Shown: one piece after another, positions 28,243 to 36,548 of the stretch
Layout of the letters: each line of letters opens with the position of its first letter
How positions within the stretch are numbered: the stretch's first letter is position 1
Assembly: GCF_034930985.1 (NCBI RefSeq)
Contig: NZ_JAYGIM010000007.1
Span: forward strand, 221,383 to 285,382
Direction of reading: 5' to 3'
From: Arcicella lustrica
Lineage (GTDB): Bacteria > Bacteroidota > Bacteroidia > Cytophagales > Spirosomataceae
Length of the DNA stretch: 64,000 nucleotides
Position numbers and translations under genes: made by a program
Notes under the pieces: generated by a model
What the model was told of the DNA's origin: nothing
Databases searched by the model: none
The model's input: the letters and a program-made list of their open reading frames with translations, nothing else

Positions 28243-28923
28243 CTACAGCTTAACACTTACAGCTTTCTTAATAAAATATCCCAAACCCAACATTGACACT
28301 AAGATTAAGCCAAAAACAAAAAACTGAATGCCACTGCCTTGACTTGGGTGTTCTATCAGTTTACGAATTTCTTGTGCTTGTGTTCCTAACCAAATTGATA
28401 GAATAGTTCTTGGAAGCATTCCGATAAAACCTGCGGTCAGAAAGTTTTTCAGTTTCGTTCCTGAGAAAGAAAACAGCACATTGGTAACGGCAAATGGCAA
28501 AACAGGCGAAAGACGAGCTAATAAAATAATCTTGAATTCGTCTTGTTGAAGATTATCCAGTACTTGCCTTACTTTAGGTTTTTCTGAAAGTTTAGTCAAA
28601 AACCTTCCGCCATCTATCAATTTCGCTACTTTAAAACCCAAGTATGAAGCACACCAATAACTAATGGCAATAGGAACGAAGGCATTCCAAGCCAAGAAAT
28701 AGCCACTCAATAATGCAATAAAAGTAGTAGGAGTAAGGGCAAAAGCCATGCTAAAACATGAAGCCACGTAAACCAAAACCCATTGAAGTAATGTAAAATG
28801 TCGGACTTCCTCCTCGTGCATGATGAGCCAATAGCTTATACTGGAGCTAGCAAAAATGGGCATTAAGCCTAAAAAGAAAGTATAAACTATTGAAAAAGTA
28901 TTTTTCTGGAGGAAATCTAACAT
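28243..28923 (-). CDS. DedA / TVP38-TMEM64 family membrane protein
   Basis: 'VTNVLFSFSGTKLKNFLTAGFIGMLPRT' signature region. 226 aa. Confidence 0.65.
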   Translation of the reverse strand: MLDFLQKNTFSIVYTFFLGLMPIFASSSISYWLIMHEEEVRHFTLLQWVLVYVASCFSMAFALTPTTFIALLSGYFLAWNAFVPIAISYWCASYLGFKVAKLIDGGRFLTKLSEKPKVRQVLDNLQQDEFKIILLARLSPVLPFAVTNVLFSFSGTKLKNFLTAGFIGMLPRTILSIWLGTQAQEIRKLIEHPSQGSGIQFFVFGLILVSMLGLGYFIKKAVSVKL

Positions 28924-28963
28924 TGTACAAAGATAGATGCCTTAATAGCATTCTACAAAAAAC

Positions 28964-29440
28964 TTAGAAATCTGTAAATTTTATCGGAAGTAAATCACCC
29001 ACAGATTCGGTAATCAAAATTTGCTGATTTGCTCCCACCATAATAAAACGAATTGGTGATTTTTGTCTGACTTCGTACTCCAACATCGCTTGTCGGCAAG
29101 CTCCACAAGGCGGAACACCTCTGAAAATATCTTCTTTCCCGGGACGAGCAATTACTGCAATCGCTTTAATGATTCGTTCTGGATAATTCGCTCCAACCCA
29201 AAAAATTGCCGATTGTTCAGCACAAGAACCCGAAGGGAAAGCCGCATTTTCTTGGTTATTGGCAGTAATGATTTCGTTGTCGTCTAATAAAATGGCAGCA
29301 CCTACATGGAAATTAGAGTAAGGCGCATACGATTTGTAAGTAGCTTTGCGAGCTTCGTTTAATAATTTATTTTCTAATACCGACAGCTCAGTGTCGTTAT
29401 TGTATGTTTCAAGGGTGATTGTTAAATTAAGTTTCTGCAT
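28964..29440 (-). CDS. cdd: Cytidine deaminase
   Basis: 'CAEQSAI' and 'PCGACRQAM' zinc-binding motifs. 158 aa. Confidence 0.8.
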   Translation of the reverse strand: MQKLNLTITLETYNNDTELSVLENKLLNEARKATYKSYAPYSNFHVGAAILLDDNEIITANNQENAAFPSGSCAEQSAIFWVGANYPERIIKAIAVIARPGKEDIFRGVPPCGACRQAMLEYEVRQKSPIRFIMVGANQQILITESVGDLLPIKFTDF

Positions 29441-29599
29441 ATCAGTTTATTCGGTATATTTTCATTAGTTTTTAGATGGGGAAAACTATAACGAAAAAAT
29501 ACTTTGGAATAGTTCATGATATTTTTGAAAAGATGATTGGCTGAAAGAAAATTGGTATTAATACTTATAAAAAATCCCTCTTAGCATTAGCCAAGGAGC

Positions 29600-29890
29600 A
29601 TCGAAAATGTTCATAAATCTACCAATACACAAGAATTGAGTTCTAATACAGATTTTCTGTGTATCAACTCAGTTTGACTGAGCTTTAACTCGCATCTATT
29701 GAGTACTGACTCAGTTGGAGTGAGCTAGTACTCAGATTTTCAGAGCTTCGATACCGTTTTGGCGAACTTTAACTCTGATTTTCAGTATTCCAACTCGCTA
29801 AATCTGTAAGCTAATACAGAAAATCGGAGTTACAATACAGTTTTAGCGAGTTAAGACTCTTTTGATGACAGAACTATCTTTGATATTTAG
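29600..29890. repeat. Complex nested inverted-repeat element (MITE-like or structured RNA)
   Basis: Inverted word pairs: TTAACTCGC (~29686) / GCGAGTTAA (~29866); AACTCGCTAA (~29795) / TTAGCGAGTT (~29855); CTAATACAGATTTTCTG (~29644) / CTAATACAGAAAATCGG (~29813). It also contains the 'GTTCTAATACAG' word shared with the REP at 33105. Confidence 0.5.
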
Positions 29891-30041
29891 AAATAAATAC
29901 TTAGTTTTAAAACAAGTCTGAACTAAATAGCAATTTGCTGAGGAGTTTAGAGATATGGAAGGTAACCGCTATTAGCTATAAAAAACGGGGTGTTATGGTG
30001 ATTATATATTCGTTGGCGGTAATCTTTAAAAAACACATAGC

Positions 30042-30737
30042 ATGGGACGACCTCTTTCTGACATTACGATTTACTATCATGGAACGGTATTAAAAAAGAC
30101 ATCCGAGGACTTGGAGTTTCGTAAAACAGTAAACTACATTTCAGACTTTTACCATAATTTTTTAAACGGATATAAACCACCAAAAACAAGTAGAATAACT
30201 TTACATCTTAGACCAAATATTAGTTTGACAGAACCAAGATATTTTGGATCAATTTGTATTTACGACAAAATGATTGATGAAGAAAAATATCTCAGCTTAT
30301 CAAAACATGAAAAGTACAAGTATATTCTTGACTTACTTCATTTTGCGATATTGGAGTTATCAGAAACTTATGGTTGGGACAAATCAATTTTCATTAATTC
30401 CTACAACCACATAATTTCAAATCGATTCAAATTTGAAAGAGTTTATCCAAAAAAAACGTCAAGAGATAGGAAATCTACTGGGCAAGTTTTACTTACGAAA
30501 AGTGAGGACAAGTCAATTTTAAGTATACAAATATCATCCGGTGGAAAAAATATAAACAAAACTCTGATTGAAAAGAAGAATTGGTTTTGGAATGACAGTA
30601 TTTATGAATATTCAAAAACGTGTAAATGGTTAGACAACACAAAGTTTGGGATAAAAGAATATCAACGACACTGCTATTATTCAGTGCAAGATGACAAGGT
30701 TTTTAACGACTTACTTACTGAAGATGATTTCGTTTGA
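30042..30737 (+). CDS. Hypothetical protein (orphan, no recognisable domain)
   Basis: 231-aa ORF inside a repeat-rich island. No motifs recognised. Confidence 0.45.
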   Translation: MGRPLSDITIYYHGTVLKKTSEDLEFRKTVNYISDFYHNFLNGYKPPKTSRITLHLRPNISLTEPRYFGSICIYDKMIDEEKYLSLSKHEKYKYILDLLHFAILELSETYGWDKSIFINSYNHIISNRFKFERVYPKKTSRDRKSTGQVLLTKSEDKSILSIQISSGGKNINKTLIEKKNWFWNDSIYEYSKTCKWLDNTKFGIKEYQRHCYYSVQDDKVFNDLLTEDDFV

Positions 30738-30751
30738 CTCAAAAAAGACTA

Positions 30752-30858
30752 CCCCTCGCTTAGCGTAGTGTTCCTGCACTACGTCAATGTGTAAGCAATG
30801 TTACATTCCAAAAATGCAAGGCATTTAATTTTTATTTGTGTACTTTCCATACCATTAG
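30752..30858 (+). repeat. ~105-bp structured repeat, copy A. Direct repeat of 35029..35131.
   Basis: CCTCGCTTAGCGTAGTGTTCCTGCACTACGTC...GCAATGTTACATTCCAAAAATGCAAGGCATTT...ACCATTAG. It contains internal hairpins (GCGTAGTG/CACTACGTC; AATGTTACATT). Confidence 0.75.
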
Positions 30859-30892
30859 ATTTTGACACTCTGACGATGGCATGAAATTGAAA

Positions 30893-30959
30893 AGTAGGAC
30901 GAGTTTCCAACTCGTAAAAAATTATCAATTGTATATACGAGTTGGAAACTCGTCCTACT
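30893..30959. terminator. Long perfect hairpin (24-bp arms) between convergent genes. Putative bidirectional terminator.
   Basis: AGTAGGACGAGTTTCCAACTCGTA-20 nt-TACGAGTTGGAAACTCGTCCTACT. Confidence 0.45.
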
Positions 30960-31057
30960 GTTTTACAGACAATCATTGTTTTCATCGAAACCTACAAAAA
31001 CAAAACCCGCAAGAAATTCTCACGGGTTTTGGGGAATATTGTTCTGATTTATTCTTC

Positions 31058-32944
31058 TTATTCTTTTGGGCTTTCAGTAGCTACTTTCTCTACTTTTTTA
31101 CTTACTTCTTCCATCAAACGTAGTCCCAATAATCCGCTTAATGCACCATTTTGGTCATTAGAACCACCTGTAATTAAAATGTCAGGCATTACTTTTATTT
31201 TCTCTTTACCAATGCTTTCGGTGATTTTCAATTGTGTAAAGTTGCCTTCGCCCATTGCTGAAACAGCTAATTTGTAGGCTTCTGCGTCAGCTTTACCAAT
31301 CGCTAAAATTTTCTCAGCTTCGGCAGTACCCGTTTTACTGATTTTTTCAGCTTCGGCATTGGCAATTAACTTAATTCTTTCAGATTCAGCACTTGCTTGA
31401 ACTCTTACTCTTTCGGCTTCTGCTCCTGCTTGCAATTTCAAACTTTGGGCTTCACCTTGTGCTTTTTTCACCGAAGCATCGGCTACTCTTTCTGCAATCA
31501 CAACACCTTGGTCGGCTTTTACAATATCTTTTTGAATATCAGCAATTGCTGTTTCTTTTTCCAAAGCTTGGCGAGTTTCCTGTGCCATTTTCTGGGTTTC
31601 ATAAGTAACCTTTTGTTCTTCGGCTAGTTTTCTATCGGTCAAAGTTTTCATTAACGATTCTGGAGGAACAATATCACCAATCAAAGTATCCACAGCGTTT
31701 ACATTATATTGTGAAAGTACTTCCCCAATGTAGCGTCTAGCTGTTTCTTGACGCTCTTTTCTTGAACCTAAGAAAGAAATTACGTCTGAATCCTGAGCTG
31801 AGTTTCTAAAGTAATTACCAATCGTTGGTTCAAGTACTTGGCTGACAAGATTGTTCATATTACCAAAACGAGCAATTACCTTTGGAGCTTCGTAATTTGG
31901 AATGTGGATAATCTGTGAAACATCTAAATTGAAAGGGAAACCGTCTTTTGAGCGAACGGTAATTGTTGACAGATTTTTATCCAATTGATGCGACTCCGAC
32001 CTTGCGCTTGCCCAGTTCAATACTAAGTTGGTTGTAGGCACAACTTCAATTTTCTGAACATAAGTATTTACTGGATATTTCCCCGGTCCAAAAGCTTCTG
32101 CCCAAACGCCTTTGTAGCCTTTTGAAACAATATTTCCGTGTTTAAACTCCGTTCCGCTAATATCAACACCTTCTTCGCCGACATAAGAAATGACTACGCC
32201 TACATTCCCAATCGGAATTTCAGTCATGTGAATTTCTTCTACTTTCACAAACCATGGATTCAAGTTGTACGAACCTGCTAAAATTACTTGTTGTTGCAAA
32301 CCTTTGTTTCCTCCTCTATTCAAGAAAGTATCAGCATCTTGGAAATTATTATGACCGTCAATCGACTTACCCGCAATTTGTCCTGCTTCAATAGAAGCAC
32401 CGTCCATCGTGGTAATAATCCCAACCATGTTTTCATGGATTTCAGTAATATCAGTAATGACAACTTCAAACAAAAAAGTATTGATTCTGTATGAACCCGC
32501 TGTAATTACTGCTGTTTGTCGTCCTTTTCTTCCGCCGTTTTTTAAAAAAGATTCCGTATCTTGAAAACCATCACATTCGATTTTTCTAGCTAAAATAGAA
32601 CCTGTTTCAAGTTCTTTGCCATCTTTTGCCAAGATTAAGCCAATTTTACCAGTTGGAATAATGGTAAGTGGCTGAAGCGTAATATCGTATTGCCAAATCC
32701 AATACCAAAAATAAATACCCGGAGCTAAAGGCTTAGCTTGATAACCCGCTTCGCCTTCGGTAGCGATGATACGTCCTTCTGGGAGAGATTTTTTATCACC
32801 AAAGAGTACGAACTTTTTGGTAACTAAACCGATTTTGTCTTCTGGAATAATGATAATGCCCAGTAAACGAAAAATAAATTTGTAGAAAACTAAACAAAGC
32901 ACAGGAATTGCTATGCTGATAATGGTGGTAATAGGAATGTTCAT
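31058..32944 (-). CDS. Flotillin-like SPFH/Band-7 protein (YqiK family)
   Basis: N-terminal TM helix, SPFH core, and C-terminal Ala/Glu-rich coiled coil ('AEAEKI...AEAEKILAIGKADAEAY'). 628 aa. Confidence 0.75.
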   Translation of the reverse strand: MNIPITTIISIAIPVLCLVFYKFIFRLLGIIIIPEDKIGLVTKKFVLFGDKKSLPEGRIIATEGEAGYQAKPLAPGIYFWYWIWQYDITLQPLTIIPTGKIGLILAKDGKELETGSILARKIECDGFQDTESFLKNGGRKGRQTAVITAGSYRINTFLFEVVITDITEIHENMVGIITTMDGASIEAGQIAGKSIDGHNNFQDADTFLNRGGNKGLQQQVILAGSYNLNPWFVKVEEIHMTEIPIGNVGVVISYVGEEGVDISGTEFKHGNIVSKGYKGVWAEAFGPGKYPVNTYVQKIEVVPTTNLVLNWASARSESHQLDKNLSTITVRSKDGFPFNLDVSQIIHIPNYEAPKVIARFGNMNNLVSQVLEPTIGNYFRNSAQDSDVISFLGSRKERQETARRYIGEVLSQYNVNAVDTLIGDIVPPESLMKTLTDRKLAEEQKVTYETQKMAQETRQALEKETAIADIQKDIVKADQGVVIAERVADASVKKAQGEAQSLKLQAGAEAERVRVQASAESERIKLIANAEAEKISKTGTAEAEKILAIGKADAEAYKLAVSAMGEGNFTQLKITESIGKEKIKVMPDILITGGSNDQNGALSGLLGLRLMEEVSKKVEKVATESPKE

Positions 32945-33164
32945 TGTTGTGTATGTTTTGGTTGATTTTTGAACTCAGATGCTTAAGTTCATGAACCAAA
33001 TTTGTAGAAAACCGAATAAAAATATTCCGTTTTGTGAAGAATGGTTTGGGGCAGGCTTAAATGGATTTAGGAGACTTTATAGCCCTCGCTTGGCATTAGC
33101 AAAAGAACGTCGAAGGGAGTTCTAATACAGTATTTCGCACTTGTTGGTGTTTTTCACCAACAAG

Positions 33165-33754
33165 CCTTGCGTCAGCAACTTACCAATTAACAATCTTCAA
33201 GATAATGAGTTAAGAAACCAAACTCATCAATATTTATTTCATAAAAACGATAAGAAGAAAACCAATATTTATCAGGGCTATTTGCCAACAACCATTTTCC
33301 TTTCAATGGATTGGCATGAATGTAGGATAGTTTTTGTTCAATAACTTTCCGTGAATATAAATCTATACTCAAAGGATTTCTTTCCCAAAATTGATATTGT
33401 CTGTCTTTTAGATTCATTTCAAAATGAGGTAAAACAGCAGGGTGATTCTTTATCAAATCAAATTTAATTTGTTGAGCTGTGTATTTCAAAAAATCTCTTT
33501 GTACATCTTTCAATAAATAGTTTTCATTGATTTTCCAGACCAAGTGAATATGATTTGGCATAATCACAAAACCATATACTTTTACTCGATGATTTTCAAC
33601 CAAGAACTTGAGGCTATCAATGATGATTTGCTTATACTTATCAGGTTTGAGCAAAGGCTTCCACCATAGAATTGTAGCTGTAAAAAACTGTATGTAGTGT
33701 TGATACATAAAATTATGTTTATTGCATTAAAGCTTGGTTCGTTGCTGACGCCCG
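33165..33754. mobile_element. RAYT gene bracketed by 11-bp inverted repeats GCGTCAGCAAC (33165-33175) / GTTGCTGACGC (33744-33754) plus adjacent REP-like hairpins
   Basis: The inverted repeats were read directly. Hairpins lie at 33141-33168 (CACTTGTTGGTG-TTTTT-CACCAACAAG) and 33757-33783 (CTCGTTGGAG-ATAACT-CCAACGAGGGC). Confidence 0.5.
33187..33708 (-). CDS. REP-associated tyrosine transposase (RAYT; IS200/IS605 TnpA-like Y1 HUH family)
   Basis: 'YGFVIMPNHIHLVW' HUH motif. 173 aa. Conserved Tyr region 'SSYRFY' near the C-terminus. Palindromic repeats flank it on both sides. Confidence 0.7.
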   Translation of the reverse strand: MYQHYIQFFTATILWWKPLLKPDKYKQIIIDSLKFLVENHRVKVYGFVIMPNHIHLVWKINENYLLKDVQRDFLKYTAQQIKFDLIKNHPAVLPHFEMNLKDRQYQFWERNPLSIDLYSRKVIEQKLSYIHANPLKGKWLLANSPDKYWFSSYRFYEINIDEFGFLTHYLEDC

Positions 33755-33871
33755 TCTCGTTGGAGATAACTCCAACGAGGGCAAAAAACCATAAAGCAAA
33801 CAATAAGATAGCATTTGCTATTGGATAGAACCCAATGATGTAAAACTTTTTTCATATGAGGTATGTGGTAT

Positions 33872-34921
33872 CTAGTTTAAAACAGTGCTTATATCAAAAA
33901 TATGAAGCGTATTATCTCCATCTAGTTGATATAAACTATTGCCATGAATTTGCGGACTATTTCTTAATGCTAACCCGTTTTTACTCCCTTCTATTTGAAT
34001 TCTTTGAATAACGTTTAAGGTAGCTTTATCTAATAATAAAATAGCGTTGTCGTAATGCGAGGTTATGGCTATTAAATCCTCTGTAACACAAGGAACTGTT
34101 AACCAATAATCTCTAAAACTATTTTGAGCAAAACTTTCTTTATAACTTTCTTGCCTTAACAGCTTGCCTGTAACACCATCAATTTCATAATAAAACTCTG
34201 CAAAGCCATAAAATACGCCATTGTATAAAGTTGGCTCAACTGGTTCAACATCTTTGTTAACTTGCCAAAGAATTTCACCTGTGTCTGCCGATACACCAGC
34301 TATTCCTTTTTGAGATAATTCAACAACAATAACCTCATCACTGGTGTGATAAAGATTGGTTACTTCCCCTTCTATTTTTCTTCCATCATATTTCATTGAA
34401 GCACCAATCTCCGAAAAGTCTATTTCCCACTTTATGCTTCCTGTTTCAAAATGTAAGCATTTTAATATGGGATTTTTTAGTGATAGGAAATATCTTTCAG
34501 ATAAAACAAGCCAAACACCATTGCCACCATAGTTAATTGGATAAGTTGAAGCTAGATTATTAGGGGTAACTATATCCATTTTTCCTGTAATAGCTTCAAT
34601 ATCTTTCCTACTAACATTTGGATAAAAATACTTTTGAGTTCTCCTATTTTCAAGCGATATTGGAATATTTAGAATAAAATCCAATAAAAAGAAAGTGAAT
34701 TCATTCTGATAGTCATATACATACATTCCATCTGGTTCCGACTCTGAAACAAAAAGATATTTGCCTACTTTAAATAATATTCTAGAAACTTTCGGAGTTT
34801 TAATATCTATCTGTTTTTGATTTTTTATTACAAAAAGTTTATCATCTGAAATATACGCAACAGTATCTTTATCTAAAACACTGAATTTAAATACACGGCT
34901 TATTTTATTTTTTAATTTCAT
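33872..34921 (-). CDS. Hypothetical PQQ-like beta-propeller repeat protein
   Basis: 'TGEILWQ', 'GSIKWEIDF' repeat-type motifs. No signal peptide. 349 aa. Confidence 0.45.
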   Translation of the reverse strand: MKLKNKISRVFKFSVLDKDTVAYISDDKLFVIKNQKQIDIKTPKVSRILFKVGKYLFVSESEPDGMYVYDYQNEFTFFLLDFILNIPISLENRRTQKYFYPNVSRKDIEAITGKMDIVTPNNLASTYPINYGGNGVWLVLSERYFLSLKNPILKCLHFETGSIKWEIDFSEIGASMKYDGRKIEGEVTNLYHTSDEVIVVELSQKGIAGVSADTGEILWQVNKDVEPVEPTLYNGVFYGFAEFYYEIDGVTGKLLRQESYKESFAQNSFRDYWLTVPCVTEDLIAITSHYDNAILLLDKATLNVIQRIQIEGSKNGLALRNSPQIHGNSLYQLDGDNTLHIFDISTVLN

Positions 34922-35028
34922 TTCAATAAAAAGATTTTAGAAAAATTTGTATTATCATCAAAATAATTAATAAAGGCATCAGCAATTGTATCTGGGGCAG
35001 TATCTATTAAATCACTTCTTATTAAGAA

Positions 35029-35131
35029 GTCCTCGCTTGGCGTAGTTGTTCTACACTACGTCTTGTGTTCTGCAATGTTACATTGCAAAAATGCAACGCA
35101 TTTTATAATTGTGTACTCATTATACCATTAG
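35029..35131 (+). repeat. ~105-bp structured repeat, copy B. Direct repeat of 30752..30858.
   Basis: CCTCGCTTGGCGTAGTTGTTCTACACTACGTC...GCAATGTTACATTGCAAAAATGCAACGCATTT...ACCATTAG. Confidence 0.75.
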
Positions 35132-35398
35132 CCGTTGCGGACTAGGCGTTGCTTTCTAAGAACGCAATCTTCATCAAGTCTAAACCTAACTTTTTTTATC
35201 CCTCAAATTTTGAACCTTCAAGGAGCAAGAATTACTCATTACTAGGTAGTTAATTGGCATATTTAATCCACTTATCTATAGAAATGATAAGTTAGTCGAA
35301 ATATATTAAGATTACGAAGTAAATCGGGACAAAAGGTTATTCTTTATAAAGTACCTTTATAGAAATTTAGCAAGAAAATTATTCATACAAACGTAAAT

Positions 35399-36451
35399 AT
35401 GAAGCAAAAAAATACGCTCTCAATGGTATCTGTTGGGGCATCAATCTGTTTAGCTTTGGCTAGTTGCCACAGTAAGAAGCCTCAAGACAATAATAAAAAA
35501 GAAGACCAACCTGCTATCGTCGATGTAGTAATTGCTAAAAAACAAAGCATTAGCTCGGATGTTGAAGCCAATGGTTCTATTGTTGCTAATGAATTCGTTG
35601 AACTTCATACAGAAGTTAGCGGAAGAATTACTTATTTGAATATTGCTGAAGGCACTACTGTTAACCAAGGAACAGTTTTGGCAAGAATCAACGATGCTGA
35701 TTTGCAAGCTCAGTTGAATAAAACCAAAGTTCAACTTGATTTAGCTGAAAAAACAGAAAAACGTTTAGCTAAACTTTTATCAATTAATGGGATTAGTCAA
35801 GGTGAATACGATACTGCTTTAAACCAAGTAAATAGTTTAAAGGCAGATTTAGCTTATACTCAAGTATTAATTGAAAAAACGGTCTTGAAAGCTCCGTTTA
35901 CTGGCGTATTGGGTTTACGTCAAATCAGTCAAGGAGCCTATGTTTCACCTACTACAATTATTGCTACCATTCAGCAAGTCAATAAATTAAAAGTTGATTT
36001 TACCGTTCCTGAAGAATACACACAACTTATCCGCAAAGGAACAGTTGTGGAAGTAGAAGTGGAAGGACAAAAAGCAGGTCGTTGCAAAGCAGTTGTAATT
36101 GCTCGTGAGCCACAAATCAACCAAACTACTCGTAATTTATTGGTACGTGCTTTGTTATCAAATTGCAATGCCAATCCGGGAACTTTCGCAAAAGTATATT
36201 TTAGTGCTGGTGCTGCCCAAAACAGTATTTTGATTCCGACAAATGCTATTATTCCTGATGATAAATCTAAAAAACTAGTAGTTGTTAAAGATGGAAAAGC
36301 AAGCTACGTAACAGTAGAAACAGGTTTCAGACAAGAAGATGTTGTTGAAATTACAAGTGGATTGAGTGAAGGCGATTCTGTAGTGGTTGATGGTGTTTTA
36401 TTTGCTCGTCCAGATAAACCTGTTAAAGTAAGAGGCGTAAAAAACTTATAA
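35399..36451 (+). CDS. RND efflux periplasmic adaptor (MFP/HlyD family) lipoprotein
   Basis: Lipobox 'LASC'. Coiled-coil hairpin and beta-barrel domains. Operon with an RND pump. Confidence 0.8.
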   Translation: MKQKNTLSMVSVGASICLALASCHSKKPQDNNKKEDQPAIVDVVIAKKQSISSDVEANGSIVANEFVELHTEVSGRITYLNIAEGTTVNQGTVLARINDADLQAQLNKTKVQLDLAEKTEKRLAKLLSINGISQGEYDTALNQVNSLKADLAYTQVLIEKTVLKAPFTGVLGLRQISQGAYVSPTTIIATIQQVNKLKVDFTVPEEYTQLIRKGTVVEVEVEGQKAGRCKAVVIAREPQINQTTRNLLVRALLSNCNANPGTFAKVYFSAGAAQNSILIPTNAIIPDDKSKKLVVVKDGKASYVTVETGFRQEDVVEITSGLSEGDSVVVDGVLFARPDKPVKVRGVKNL

Positions 36452-36548
36452 GTCTTTTACTTTCTTCGTTCAAAATCATCATTCAAAAGATTTCATAAAA
36501 TTAATCACTCTTTTAGTAGAGCCTGTATTAATTTAATCAGCATTATTC

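Noticed and set aside
31393-32999. Small ORFs inside or antisense to the flotillin gene
   Set aside because: Alternative-frame ORFs within a well-supported 628-aa CDS.
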